Assembly (NCBI GenBank): GCA_037379345.1
Contig: CM074522.1
Span: 868,001-932,000 of the forward strand
Source of the DNA: Perna viridis
Lineage: Eukaryota
DNA length: 64,000 nt
Reading direction: 5' to 3'
Shown: positions 1-13,801 of the stretch, one piece after another
How the letters are laid out: each line of letters begins with the position of its first letter
Position numbering within the stretch: position 1 is the stretch's first letter
Notes under the pieces: model-generated
Told to the model about the DNA's origin: nothing
The model's database searches: none
Seen by the model: the letters and a program-made list of their open reading frames with translations, nothing else
Translations under genes and position numbers: made by a program

Positions 1-1589
1 CAATCAGTCAATGGTCATCAATCTGTCAAACCGTTGCACGGATTGGTTCAGGGACTGTACCAGATTCAAATGAACACAGGTAGAATTGTTTTCGAGATGT
101 AACAAATGTATTTTAATAATTTCTTGAATTATTTTGAGATATGACGAATCATCCTCTGCCTGGTTTTTAAAAAGACACATACTTAAGTTTTGACATTATG
201 ACTTGTTTTGTGTGTGAATACTTCGACCTTTTTCCTGGTTACACGTCTACCATATTTCCTGTTTGATAGATGTCTGTCTGAGTTGGGTAATTTTTTGTAA
301 GTGAAAACAGTAAGAAACTCTTTATGGGAACAATGTGAAATATGGTAAAGTAAGGTGATGGTGCCAGTAGAAATACCTTGAAAGACCTATTTATCATGGC
401 TAGAAAGATGTCAATATAAATTTTTTTTTACCTTTTTACCACACAAATGTTCACAGATTCCACTTAAACTTTGTCTTGTTACAGACTAGTTTGCAGTAAA
501 CATGGAAGATTTTCTGTCCAGTTTATTCTAGACTTTATTCCTTTATCTGGAAGTGCAAAACTTTCAATAAGTATGTATTTGAGGGATACCAATAAATCAC
601 AACTAGTAGACAGATGATTCTATAGTACATGGTTTAAGTGACTTCCTTGTTACAATTGGATAATTGAGATAACGATATCTAAGAGTCAGGTCCTTACTGT
701 TTGTTTATAGTCAGGTCTAGGTATACTACAGTTAAAGATACATACAAAACTTCTAAGTCAAAAAGTCAAAGGGCTGAAAGATGGGACAGAGAAAATGAGA
801 CCAAAAAAGAAAAAAAGAAACCAAACATCAAGCAGCCCACTAGTTCTTGTTTCTGGGGTTTAATGCACCACGTGACCTTTGAATTCTGAGCTACAGACTT
901 TTTTGTTTAAGAGGGATTGATTTGTGTTATAACAAATTAATCAGATTAATATTTCACTTTTGCTTTTGATGTGAACAAATCTTATTCTCGAATATTGACA
1001 TATTTTGACAATGAATGGAATGGAAGACCAGATATTAAAGAATATTGTTACTGTACATGCATGATGGTGTTGACTTAGTGGACTTTAACATACACCTTTT
1101 TTATTACACACGAATGGGTATGCTGAATTAAGTACCTGTTTTTGTAGTGATCAGCCAAATACAAAAAAAAAACTGAGAAAAAAAAACCCCATCTGACAAT
1201 TTGATGTTTGTCAAAGAAGTCATCTCTACTTGAAATGTTTGATTTTTGCAGTACTGGATATTTTTTTGATTTAACTTTCCCTTCATCTGTGGCAACATCA
1301 CTTCAGCACCTGCATATGTAGTTTTCATATCACTCATACGTTATGCCAGAGCTTGCTTAGAAATAGCCTGCCCACCAGCCCATGACTGGCTATTTTTTGG
1401 TAGGGCTGGCTAATTTTAGCAAAAATTTATATAGCCATATAGTAAATATGTTGAAAAATTGTATTGAAGACTGGCTGTGAGTTTCCTCCCTTGCCTGATT
1501 CTTATTTATGACTGTATTGGAACATGACAAAGACTATCAAATGTTGATATATACCGTTAATGATAAAGTTTTAAATTTTTCATCCTGTG

Positions 1590-1935
1590 AAAACTATGTG
1601 GTGTAAAAATTGATGATCTGTAAGCTTGAAGTGTCATGTTGATCATTATTATATGTCTTTATATTTCTTCCTAGCAGAGATTAAGATACTATAAAATCTT
1701 TCTATTGACTACTGTTGTATTGCATTATAGCTCAGAAGGACTTGACAAAACTTTTAAACTTCAAAAAAGGGCTATCTGCCTCATTCTGGATACTGAACTT
1801 TTTTCTCTGTCAGAACCCTTGTTCAAACAATTAAGAATGGTGAAAGTTGAAACAAGGATTAAATATCACAAATACCTATTAATCTATTAATCTCTCAATG
1901 GAGAGGCACTAAGTTACATATCAAAAAAGTTTAAT
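1590..1935 (+). mobile_element. CR1/L2-type LINE ORF2 C-terminal fragment
   Basis: Frame-broken GVKIDD, DYCC and KLQKRAICLIL...SEPLFKQL...RIKYH...LIY*SLNG, the usual post-RT segment of CR1/L2 elements. Confidence 0.7.
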
Positions 1936-3042
1936 GATGTTTCACAGACCTGGCGAAATCATTTTTCAACCTGTCGGACATTTTGTCCGGCAACCTAACA
2001 AAATCTGCTGGACCGAACAATTATCTGCCGGACCAAAATCATTCCTCTGATCCAATTTAAATTTGCCTCGATTCGGACGCCATCTTTAAACCAGAAGTTC
2101 CGGTTGAGGCATGTCTAATAAAATAAACGTACCAGACGTCTGGTCCCGAAATCACACAAATTTTACCGGATTGGCGGCTAAAAGTACTGGTCTGGTTTCA
2201 GGAATTCAACCGTATTAACTAAGAAATGCTGAACAAGGAAATTTGATTTTCCCAAAAATTAAAACTGAACTTTTCAGAGGTTCATTCATATGTTCTGGCT
2301 CTGTCCTGCGGAATAAGTTACCAAACATTTACGTAATCAAGCCACTGATAACTCATTCAAATCAATGTAAAGAAGTACCTTAATTAAGACTTCAGAATAG
2401 AGAAAGGAGAAATTTGTTGCTGTTTACACTGTTTTTAATGTTTTATATTGTATATTATCTTGAAGTGCCTTGTTATATTCAAATCTTTTTGTTTTATTGT
2501 GTGTGTGTTTTAGTAGTTTTTCCTGTGTGAGGACCTCAGGTAAGATTGGCTTGTAAACAAACTGTGTAACCCTCTCGTAATAAAGATTTTATTTTTATTA
2601 TTATTATTTAAACATTTCCATTTATTGGCGGGGTTGTACTTGTACAGATTGGCTAATAGAATAGTGAATGGACAGGGAAAATATTTTTCAAACATTTTTT
2701 TCATCAACTATAAATCACAGCCAGTAGATGTTTGGTATGTAACTTCAGTATGGGGTCTCGTATTGTGGGATGTGATTTCAGGTCTGTCACTCTTCTGCTT
2801 CCTGTTTACTGACCTTAGTGCAACCTTACTATTTCTGTCTTTGACCCTTTTATTTTCTTTTATGCTACAAAAATTGGCAGTCACCTTATAGTGATCACTC
2901 TCTGACCCTCCTTCTGTCTGTTCAATACAAAGTGTGTCTGGACTGTAACTTTTTTTTTCTTTTGAGGTCTATAAAAAAATTCTGTGTATCTGATAACCTA
3001 ACTGACCCTATTTTTCTGTGTCAACCCTTTTTTTTATGGTGT

Positions 3043-3081
<39 letters not shown>

Positions 3082-5205
3082 GATTTTCAGCGTTCTGTCA
3101 TAGATTTTTTTACTAGAATGGCTTGCTCTCTGATGTGGAGGTTCAGTATTCTAAAAAATTATTAAAATTATTATTAAAGATAAAAAGAAAAAAAACATGG
3201 CTGTGGCTATGACAAGTTCAGTATTCTGCAGTGTCATAATGGAGGCAGCAATACCTGTAGGTTTCAATGTCTTGCAAAGCTGTAAAAAAATTTCAGAAAA
3301 AAAAAGGACACAAAAGAAAAAAACTGTACCTACGGACCTTAATTCGGAAGATGTTTTTGTGAGGTCTGATGTAGGCTTCTGATATTTTGTATGTGGGTAG
3401 ATTACCTACAGTTGATGTGTTGGATACCATGGATAGTGGCCTTTGACTTTGAACTTTGACCTCAAGGTCAAATTCCTGGGTTTTTATTTTTTGTTGTATG
3501 TATGGCTTAATTGACACAAGAGGGCCCACAGAGACGGATTCCATTTCAATAATTTCTAGTTTTAATTGAAAGTGCAGAACCAACGTCAGCGAAATATATA
3601 AATCCTAGTACTTTTGTTTTACATTGAAAATTTGAGTATATTCAAAATTTATCCAAATTTCATTTTGTGATCAGGGATTTTTTAATTCAGTTAGGTATTT
3701 AATTAATGAACACCTTGAATTTTAAGCTGAATAAGTAGTTATGTACAGCAGACCCAGCAGTGATTGTTAAAGGCAGGAGCCATGAGCAATAAAGCCCATT
3801 TAATGAAGTTACAAGATTTTATTTTCAGTGCACCAATGGAATTAATTCTTTCTCATGCAAACAAACAATGTCTTCAATAGGCCTTAGCTTTTAAGATAAA
3901 ATTTTTTTAAATTATAGAGAGATAATTTCGGGATTTTTTCTTACAGAATATGAATTCCTCATTGCTAAGAAATAACCAAGGAAGTGTGAATAATTGGTGA
4001 AGTGTGAGAATAAATTGATCTGACTCTAGTGTTCATTTTCGCAGGAAGATATCATGTCTTCTCAATAGTAACAAATGGTTTGTTGATATTGTATGTAATG
4101 AAAGCTTTTAGATGAAATATGAGATTGTTTTACTTTGGGGCAATTCTGCTTTATTGCATTGGGGAAACAGTATTGTGAGAAAGTTTTCTGAGAGTAAATC
4201 ATAGATCTATTCTTTATTGACTTGCTGCAAGCCTCAAGTTTTCTTTCAAGGACTTAGAATTTATTGCATGCGTTAGGCCTAATGAAATCAATTATTAGTA
4301 AATTCTCATCCCCCTCCACTAGTAAAAATATTTAAAAATACCAAAGTTGGGTTGGGAATTTCAAATTCAGGATTTTTTTTCACATCATTTTCTAATATTG
4401 AGACACTATAACACACAAACCTTTCTTTTCTTGGTAATTAAAACAATATCTTATCTGAAACTGAAGTGGCTGTGGAGTTAGAACATATCTGTACGTCAAA
4501 TAGCTAAAATCAAGCTAGCAAATATCTGGTTAGAAATTGAAATAAGATAATAAAATACGCCAATCCACCCAATATTTTGTGTGAAGGTTGGATGAGAATC
4601 TGTCATTTTAGTTTACTTAGCCTTAGTTTGGAAGATTGTTAAATTTTAGCTGAAAGCGTTATTTTTATTAATCGATAATTTGTTGTACAAATAAAATTCG
4701 TCATCAGAAATGGACTCGTTTTTTTATATATAAGTGTCAACTTTACACATCCAGGTAGATATAAAGGGAGTCTCAGAAGCCCATGCATTTTAAGTGAGTT
4801 GGGAAGGAGATAGAAATAAAAAAAAGTTTTTCCTTGTCTTTCAGTTCTTTCTACCATAATTGATTATCTGTTTGAGTGGATGAATTATTTTGAAACTTTG
4901 TGGAAGCTTGAGTAAATCAATCACTCAAAGCACTTGATATCTTATATTATGTCATAAGTCAAGGTCACTTGAAAAAATGGTCACCATCCCATTACAATAA
5001 TGCTTTTGCCATGATGGATATAAATATGATACTTGCACAAATGAAGGCAAGGTACACAGGGCAACACTAGTTTTTTATAGATTATAGGTCAAGGTCATCA
5101 TTAAAATAGATTTTAGATGTTGGAGGTCCTTAAGCACTTTCTAGTTCGTTTTATAAGCAAGCATCAGACAGTGTCCTTAACTGTGATGAACCAGATAGGG
5201 AACAG

Positions 5206-5781
5206 TTGTTCTGTGAAGATATTTGGTCTGACTGGTTCTCTGTGAAGAGATTTGGTAAGACATGTTCTCTGCAAAGATATTTGGTCAGACAGGTTCTCTG
5301 TGAAGAGATTTGGTCAGACAGGTTCTCTGTGAAGACATTTGGTCTGACAGGTTCTCTGAAGAGATTTGGTCAGACGGGTTCTCTGTGAAGAGATTTGGTC
5401 AGACAGGTTCTCTGTGAAGATATTTGGTCTGACAGGTTCTCTGTAAAGGTATTTGGTATGACACATTCTCTGTGAAGATATTTGGTCTGACAGGTGTTCT
5501 CTGCAAAGATATTTGGTCTGACATGTTCTCTGTGAAGAGACTGGGTAAGACAGGTTCTCTGCAAAAATATTTGGTCTGAGAGGTTCACTGTGAAGATATT
5601 TGGTCAGGCAGGTTCTCCTTGAAGATATTTGGTCTGACAGGTTCTCTGTGAAGATATTTGATCTGACGGGTTCTCTGTGAAGATATTTGGTCTGACAGGT
5701 CTCTGAAGATATTTGGTCTGACAGGTTCTCTGTGAAGAGATTTAGTAAGACAGGTTTCTGTGAGGAGATTTGGTAAGACAG
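5206..5781. repeat. 29-bp minisatellite, about 20 copies
   Basis: Unit gttctctgtgaagatatttggtctgacag. Confidence 0.95.
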
Positions 5782-6550
5782 ATTCTAGTACAAATGTGAG
5801 CCTAGATACCTGTTTAAGCTATACTGATTAATTCTAAAAAGACTAAAGACATTCATTAACTTGGTTGACATGAAAACTCTTTATTGCACTGAAATAGCTT
5901 GAAATGGGAAAATTGTGGAAATGAGATTTTTTTTACGAATTATCATGTAATTTCATACAGTTAATAGCTGTTAAAATTCAGAAACACTAATTTGCAATGT
6001 CATTAAAAATCCATAAATTAGATCTCTTTTACTTTGTGACAAAGAATAGAATAAAAGTTCTACTGATGCAGATTATGTCGAATCAATTTTATGGAACTCC
6101 ATGGAACAAGAATATTGCTATCAGAGAGACAAGGAAATTTGTCATGTGACTTTATAGGCAATTTTCCAATAAATTTACATTTATTGACCAATAAATTTTA
6201 TAGTAGCCTGAGACAACATATAATATCCAAAAGATTCATTCAATTTAATAACTAAGTGAGGCTAGAGTTGCATTCTTTTTTATTTAGGGAGCAACCATTT
6301 GATTTTTATTGAAGGGTTAAGGATAAAATTTGAAATAAAAAGGCAGGATGATGATGTATGTTTACAAAAATTCTAGGATGAACAATGACAGCCTAGAGTA
6401 AAAAATAAAAGTCTGGTAAAAATTTATACTGAGAAAAAAAATCCAGGAGACAAAACTTGATCTTTGTCCCCTGGAAGTCAGTAGTTGCTCCCTTACCAAT
6501 AACACTAAATATTGGTACATGGTGAATGTATACATGTATTGATATATTGG

Positions 6551-9500
6551 AGGAGTCGGTATTTCGAGTATCCTGAGTCCGAGCCTGAGCTCAACTTCCC
6601 GGAGCTGAAAATAATTATTGTCGATAACTTTTTTAAATTGAGATGAATTGCTTAGAATTTTTATAATAATGTCTGTGAGTACCATATAAATGTATTGAAA
6701 TATTCAGAATAATGAGATATTTAGTTTGCTTTCAAGTATTGAAGAGAATGTGTTTGAAAATGGGTATTTTTGGTATCTCAGGAAAGGGAGGTAACTCGAT
6801 CTAAAAACTGCCTAAATTACAGAGTGCAATATCTGATCATCGAATTTCGTTGGATACTAAATTAAAATAGAGTTCGCTAAAATTTTCCAAGAATAATTGT
6901 ATGATAGTATTTCAATTTCATGTTGATTTAGTTATAGTCTTGAAGTTGTCTATGCTATATTATTAATAGTTAATTATATTTATGAGTCCTCAAGTCTCAT
7001 TTTAACACCTTTTTTAAGGCACTATTTCTGTTTTTTTCTCATATGTGTTTTTGATAACACTGGTAAGTATTTCAAATTGTTTGAATTATGTGAACAGACT
7101 GCAATTAGTAACTGAACAAAGGCTCAACACCTGATTGGAGCCATACAAACCCCAGACGTGGTCTTTCATCATTCCCATCAAATAACAGATGACAGTTTGA
7201 CAATTCTGTTTATTGGACTACAGTCAGTGTCTTTTCAAATAGGTAAACCAATATTAAGTCCAACACATTTAGAACTGTCTTAGTATATTTCTTTGACAAT
7301 TTTTTTTCCTGATATGGATCTTCTTGGCTTGTAAGGGTGTGTGTAATTGTGTTTTCGTTGAAATATGTAACAGTTTTGTTTAAACATATTTTATTCCTTA
7401 TAAATATGGATCTGACACAACTTATGTCATCTTCTCCAATATAGCATATATAACAATAATACAAGGATGACAGTGGTGTACAAGTTTATTAACATTTTAT
7501 AGACAGAAGAATGCATGAAAAAAAAAGAAGAAATACTTCCATATTCAGATGTTTCTTCTGATGACGACGATGATGATGATGATGGTGATGATGTTGAAGT
7601 TGATGATTATAATGTCTTTAAGAACAAATATTTAGTAACTATTAAGCTAGAAGAAAATGTTTTCTTAATAAATTCATAGACGTGTTTAAAAACTGTAATT
7701 CGTTTGGTTCCACAGTTAATAACTCACAATATCCGCTAGTATCGATGTCTATAATGCAGTTTGAGGGAGTCATCTCAGATTTTGAAGTAAGCCATGTCTC
7801 GCATCAGTATATGGGGGGCATTCAAGGAAGTAATGATAAACATCTTCTCTCTCGTGCCCACATTGAAAACTACAATTGTAAAAGATGTTGAGGTGAAAAA
7901 AGGTCCAATTTCATGAATGAAGCAGAGAGTCTCAGCTGCGTTAACAGTACGTTTAATATTCTTGGTCCTCACAAGAAATGTACAAGGACTTGAGTATTAC
8001 TAAGTGATGATTTTTGTTTTACTTCACGTTTGAATTTCGAAATAGTTTCTTGCTGATATATCAAGTGCATTCCATTCATGAATAGTAGATGGAATAAAGG
8101 ATTTATATGTTTTTGATAGTTTGCAGAATGGTACCATTATATCACTACCGTTTCTTAGAGGATATGTACTCAAACTTTTGAATACTACGGGGGTATAAAT
8201 TTGCGTAAATATTCAGGAGTATATCCGTACTTGACATTATAGAATAAATGGAGTTTTCTCAGCATTTTTGTTGATTATTTGGGGCGGGAATTTTGTGGAT
8301 CTAACTCACAAACTCAAGCACTTGTATTTTGAATGTAAATAGTCAAGGGGGAAAAGTCATGGAGAAATTTACAGGTAAAAAATAACAGGAAAAAAGTCCA
8401 CAGGAAATAAAGTCAAGAGTTTATACATATGTTAAGTTTTTACCAAAAAAAATCTGTTTGTTTGTTTCTTGTTTGTTGGGGTTTAACGCCCGAGCGTTCA
8501 GCTATATTCAGGCGATGAACATGAAGTGGATGATAAAATGAACATGAAATGATGAAATGAAAAATGGGATGGGACACAAGGATAATGGGGTTGACAAATT
8601 TTTATTGCCACTGGAAATAGAGGAAGGTGGGTAGGGTTGGGCAATTTAGCCTCCTATGGCGGAGCCCTATGGTTCCTACTCTGAGAGAATACCACAGTAG
8701 GGTTTTTTAACGTGCACAGAACGTGGCATCTTTCCCAACACGGTTTGCGGTCAGGTTTTCCGTATTATAGCCTGACAACCCTAGCATTTAACACACCAGG
8801 GGTACCCCATTCCACCACCAGGGGCACACAACCCAGTTCCTCTGTGGGCAGAGTGCCCTAGCCCCTGGCTAGGGTTCTGAGCACTATTTAGTCGCCTTTT
8901 ACGACAAGCGTAGCACTTCTGCAGGCCTATTCTTTTGACACCCGGACCTGCACGCTGTAAATGATACAAATGTATATTTGATACTGATATAATTTTATAT
9001 CATATTGGTACACATGTGTTTTGTCGTTAGGGACCCATTTACTTTCATAATTTACTTAATTATAACATGTATGAAGATAGGGGAAGGCTGCATCTGTTCT
9101 TTTTCTTTTCTTCTGTTTATTTTTTGTTTCAGTGACTTTATTGTGACTTTTTTCCCGTTTACTGTATTTTCAAGTAGTGTAATCTTTCATGTTGCAATTG
9201 TATATAAGTGGGTTTAATTATATATACCGACTTGCACGATGCTCTGTTAATAATATTGTAACATTAGACAAGGAATTTATTTTATACTAATATACACTGC
9301 CTATATTAGATAATAATAATAATGATAACCAACAAAAAATGAAAATTAAGTATAAATATATGACAAATAAAAATAGAAATAATAACTTAAATATGACACT
9401 GTGAAAAATCCATTATTCATATAATGGGAAAACATCTTTAACAAAGAAATGTCAAATGAGACAAAACTATAATTTTTTTATTTGTTTATCATCAGAAATT

Positions 9501-9781
9501 GCATTTTTAATTTAGAAAGTTTTTACATCAAGTTACCTCCCATTCCTGAGACAGGATACCTAAAATACCCATTTTTAAACACATTTTCTTTGATACTTGA
9601 AAGCAAAATTTATCCCTCATTAAATTGAATATTTCAATACATTTATTTTGTACTCACAGACATTTCTTTAAAATATTTAAGAAATTTACCCCATTTTAAA
9701 AAAGATATCGGCAATAATCATTTTCGGCTCCGGGAAGTTGACCTCGGGCTAGGGCTCGGTATACCCGAAATACCGACTCCC
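6551..9781 (+). mobile_element. Decayed Mutator-like (MULE) DNA transposon, 3.2 kb
   Basis: Imperfect TIRs of about 290 bp (GGAGTCGGTATTTCG... / ...CGAAATACCGACTCC); 9-bp TSD ATATATTGG (6542-6550, 9782-9790); transposase remnants in the expected order at 7700-8300 (YPLV, VISDFE, SLPFL, FVDYL). Confidence 0.85.
8454..8957 (-). mobile_element. SINE-like or non-autonomous retroposon nested in the MULE
   Basis: GC-richer island. The minus strand ends GGCGTTAAACCCC followed by (AAAC)n, and carries GTCGTAAAAGGCGACTAA and GTGCACGTTAAA motifs that I associate with invertebrate SINE/RTE-related repeats. Confidence 0.55.
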
Positions 9782-10453
9782 ATATATTGGTAACTTAATG
9801 CATATATGTGATCTGAGCCACAAAATTTTCAGGCTTATGGAGGTATCTGGGACAAAATCACTTTTTTTTGCATTTTCATGCAGCTTATATTGATACAAAA
9901 CACCCTGCAAATTTTATTTTTGCTATATTCTGCACAATAGAGATTTTATAGCCATTTTTGTAATTTAAAAAAAAAAAAATTAAAAATGCGTAAACTGTTT
10001 GATTATGGGTTATGCAAACCAACACTTTAAAGGCTTTAAGACTATATTATAGTTACTGCATGATGTGTTTTTTAATTTTTTTGTTGAAAATGAACATAAG
10101 CAATGTGATACAATAGCCGCATTAAGTACCATTCTGTGTAAGAATCTGGCAATGAGTGGCACATTGTTTTCCCCAATTTAGTCATTTTGTAACAGGATAA
10201 TAACTGACTTCTGTCATTCTTAGTATCTGATTAAGAATGCTCATGTCACTTTTTTACCACCAGGCACAGGGTTTGAAATAAGCAGGAGCCCACTCACCAA
10301 TAGCTCTTAAATTTGGTGTGGACTATTACAGTTTCTTCTGTGATTGTTAAGAACTATATAAAGGCTGCCAGAATTTAAGCTGTGATCTACCATGCCAAAG
10401 TTTAAGTTAAAACCCTGTGGCATTAATTAAATTTTAGGAGAGCTTACCTACCA

Positions 10454-11040
10454 TTTTTATCTCACCTGCACAAGGCCATTTGAGTTATTGCCATCACTTT
10501 GCATCTGTTATTGTCATTAACAACTATACAAAACTCTTCTTCTCTGAAACTACTTGCTTAATTAGAACCAAACTTGGTATGAATGTTCTTTGGGGTATCC
10601 TGCATTTAAGAACTGATGTAGGGATTTTTGATTCATCAAGAAACAAGGCCGCCATTACTAAAAATATAATATAAGGATCAGACAGTGGTTTTTTGCATAA
10701 ATTTCCAAAATCGTTAGGTTTAGCTTAATTCTAACTAAGTAAAAGTGTTCAGCATGATGAGATCTATCTGTTGTCAAATTTTGGTTTTAATCTGTTAAGT
10801 CATGTTGAATTAATGCCCTTTTTCAACAATTTTTGCTATTTTTAATGTTATTTCTTTCAAAAATCTTCTCTTCTGACACTACTGGATCAATTGAGACCAA
10901 ACTTGGTACAAATGTTCCTTGGAGTATCCTGCATAGAACTGATGTGGGGATTTTTTATCTGTCGAAAAACAGATGTTTTATGTGATAAATCAAAAACCCT
11001 CTGAAAGATGTGAATTTTTTTTGAATTTATTAAAGTCTTA
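10454..11040 (+). mobile_element. Helentron-like non-autonomous element, 5' part, ending at a Penelope-like fragment
   Basis: Starts TTTTTATCTCACCTG; core repeats (aaacttggtatgaatgttcc...tatcctgcat...ctgatgtgggga) are shared with the copies at 43474 and 47790. Confidence 0.7.
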
Positions 11041-11046
11041 ATAGAA

Positions 11047-11322
11047 AGAGTAATTAAGGGAACCAAGGTTATAGCGGTGATCATAAGAATGTAATCCAGG
11101 GACAAAGACCAAACATGGAAAACAGACATACACAACAAAGAACACAAAGTAACTAAAATCATACATACAAAGTAACAAAAGCAAATGAGCAACTCGGACT
11201 CCACTAAAAACTGGGAGCATGGACCAGGTGCATCGGTACGGTAAGCGTCCTCTGCTTTTCTCATAAAAAGTTGCTCATAAAAGGTCAAGTTTGGGGTAAG
11301 ACGAAAGAGGAAAGGAAAACTA
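11047..11322 (-). mobile_element. Penelope-like element, 3' terminal fragment
   Basis: Closely matches 21544-21825 and the reverse complement of 37128-37379. Confidence 0.8.
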
Positions 11323-11482
11323 TTTTTTGGAAGGAGAGCCTTGTTTGCTTTGTGTTTTTTTCCACTGATTTTTTAAATGGAAACACAAAAAAGAGGAACA
11401 GGTGTCCTTTATTTAACTGTACAGATTATATATTTGAATCAGAACAAATTAATATAGAATATTTCATTATTTTTATTTGTAG

Positions 11483-11707
11483 CTTCCTGCCATAACTATT
11501 TCTGTGCCTTTTATGGAGAGTGTTATGCCGACCCCGTCACATTAGAGCCCTCCTGTCGCTGTCCAATCACCCCTTGTCCAGACATCCATGACCATGTCTG
11601 TGGTGATGATGGAATGACCTACCAAACACTGTGTTATTTAGAACATACCAGTTGTAAACAACAGCAGCGGATTAAAATCAAACATAATGGAGATTGTAAT
11701 GAGGAAG
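11483..11707 (+). CDS. Exon: follistatin/Kazal domain (probable upstream agrin isoform exon)
   Basis: ttttatttgtAG acceptor, GTcagt donor, 225 nt, phase 1-1. Encodes SCHNYFCAFYGECYADPVTLEPSCRCPITPCPDIHDHVCGDDGMTYQTLCYLEHTSCKQQQRIKIKHNGDCNEE with the 10-Cys FS pattern. Missed by the ORF track. Confidence 0.9.
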
Positions 11708-12126
11708 GTCAGTTCAGCTTTTTAAAAAATCTGTATTTACTGTATTTTTTTGCTTTTTTTTGCTTAACTGTTGTTCCTTGAGATTTAATCATCTTAATCA
11801 TTCTGTCTGTAAAACATCTTTTATTGTGTAAGTTATTTTGGGAAATTGTTACTAAGGCAGAGAAATAGCAATCATACACAGTACATATAATGGGAATAGA
11901 TATGGTTAAACAGAACAACCCTGCAGGTTGAATTTAGTACTTACCCCTGAAATGTTCTTAACATTTTTTGTTTACTGATATTTAATATTACATCCCCATT
12001 CAACGAGTGGTTGTATATGATCTGTCTGTCCTTCTGAATTCTGTCACAATTATTTTGGCTCCCAAGGATTTATTTCAATTTGATTGTGTGGCTTTATATA
12101 TAGATGAGGCCTACATTGTGAGCTAT

Positions 12127-12336
12127 TACTTTGAAAGTACTATTGTTAGTAGGGTACCAATTTTTGTGGTTTTCATGGGTTAGTCAAACCACAAAATTTG
12201 GTTCCCAACAGATAGTAGATTTCCATTGATGTGTAAACTGAAAACTTCAAAACCATGAATTCAAGAATCCATGAACTTGTGCTTCTTCCCTGATTCATGA
12301 AAATTGGTATCCAAGAAGTAAAATACTTTCACAGTA
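12127..12336. mobile_element. TA-flanked MITE
   Basis: TACTTTGAAAGTA ... TACTTTCACAGTA terminal inverted repeats (1 mismatch) plus internal inverted segments. Confidence 0.7.
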
Positions 12337-12461
12337 TGGGTACTTTCTGATATCAATTTCCTGTACAAGTGGGGCGGGGTATCAACTTCATGTTTCAATT
12401 GGTTTCAAAGGTATCACTCAAATGTACACTGATCGATACTTTTATATTTTGCTACTACCAG

Positions 12462-12632
12462 AACCAGTACATGGGGGATGGGGATCTTGGAGTTCCTGGT
12501 CCCAGTGTTCTGTATCATGTGGAGCAGGGAAGAAAAGACGATTTAGACAGTGTAACAGTCCCATACCCTCCCCTAATGGTAGATACTGTGATGATTACTA
12601 TATGCAGGAAGAAACTTGTTATGTAGAATGTG
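12462..12632 (+). CDS. Exon: thrombospondin type-1 repeat
   Basis: ctaccAG acceptor, GTaagt donor, 171 nt, phase 1-1. Encodes [43 protein letters not shown]...ETCYVEC with WxxWxxW, CSVSCG and RxRxC motifs. Confidence 0.92.
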
Positions 12633-13602
12633 GTAAGTGAAAGATTTTAATGGGATTTTCTGGAGGAAAAAAAATTAGATATTTAATTTGGTAATGTATG
12701 GAAGGTGAGTAGGTAGGTGGCAAAACCTTTGCTCAGGTTATCGGGCCAGCAGCTATTGAAATTTATCTGTTCTAGAAATTGGATTTTCTCTAGTTGCCAT
12801 GAAATTAGCTGCCACAATTTGCACCTGGTGTTAAATTCTACTAATTTCTGTTAACAATCAACATATGCATAGAACTTGATCCAGAAAACCTTACTGTATT
12901 TCCTTATTGTCTTTTCAGATTCATTATTATAATGAAAATTTCCTTATATGTTTATATCTCAGATGGCACATACTGTTCCAAATTTATTTCTTTGACATGC
13001 AGATTCCTGAAGATAACAAACAGAATTTATGAATAATAAATACAATGTACATTTACTTATACTACAATGTCATATTTTGTTATGAATATTAATGTCATAT
13101 ATCATTACCCATTACTGTTTGTCAGATTATAAAGTGGTTCTATAGTATCAGATTTACCAACTAAGTTATAGTTACGACAGATTGGGGAATTATTAGAAGA
13201 TATGATAGTGGAAATTCCTGAAATTATTGGTACTTGGAGACTCATAACATTGATTTGAGTTGTCTATGAGCCAGTGAATTCCACAAATGCTTGTATTTAA
13301 AAGTTGTTTGTTTTATTGCTTCTGTAATATTATCTGATGATAATTTCGTAAAACCTTGATTGCTGGTACCAGTAGAATCGAGTGGAAAGTTTTATTTACA
13401 CCCCCACTCAATGAGTAGGTGGTATTTTGAAATCACCTTATCTGTCCATCCCCCCAACAAAAAATGGTTGACCACACTAAGTACTTATTTGTCCCTTACA
13501 AAGAAAAATAAGATTTTAGGACAAAGTTCAACGTCAAAGAGATGCTGGTGCCATGTTTTTTTACGACCACAAAAAATGTTTTCAGTTTTATTATGGTATC
13601 AC

Positions 13603-13801
13603 CAGGGTTCCACACTAACAGTAGTCCGGTAGTCCTGTGCCAACCCTGATTTTAATGGGTAGCCCTTTGGGCTACCTAAATTTATTCTTATAATCTTACT
13701 ATATCAAAGATAGGGCTGCAAGATAATTTTAAGGACTACCTAATTTGATGATTAGAGAGTCCTTTGGGCTACCTAGCTAGAAAAGTTAGTGTCAAACCCT
13801 G
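13603..13801. mobile_element. hAT-like MITE
   Basis: CAGGGTTCCACACTAAC ... GTTAGTGTCAAACCCTG TIRs (15/17); TSD not clean. Confidence 0.6.

Noticed and set aside
3044-3077. Poly-A run of more than 30 nt as a processed pseudogene tail
   Set aside because: No recognisable upstream coding sequence, poly-A signal or TSD.
5206-5781. CRISPR-like appearance of the 29-39 bp arrays
   Set aside because: Units are head-to-tail with no unique spacers, there are no cas genes, and the context is a eukaryotic intron.
7555-7612. Poly-Asp-like (GAT)n tract as a host exon
   Set aside because: It lies inside the MULE remnant and has no usable splice sites.
8860-8957. HDV-like ribozyme at the 5' end of the SINE-like element
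   Set aside because: Hairpins are present (GTCG/CGAC, GCAGG/CCTGC), but I could not identify the L3/P1.1 nested pseudoknot core.
10887-11288. 133-aa ORF with a transmembrane-like stretch, similar to the ORF at 37140-37430
   Set aside because: It is read from the T-rich 3' tail of the Penelope-like repeat; the similarity reflects repeat copies, not a gene family.
1-11482. NtA domain or other upstream agrin exons
   Set aside because: I recognised no NtA-like coding segment with splice sites. Such exons may lie before the window or be too short to see by eye.
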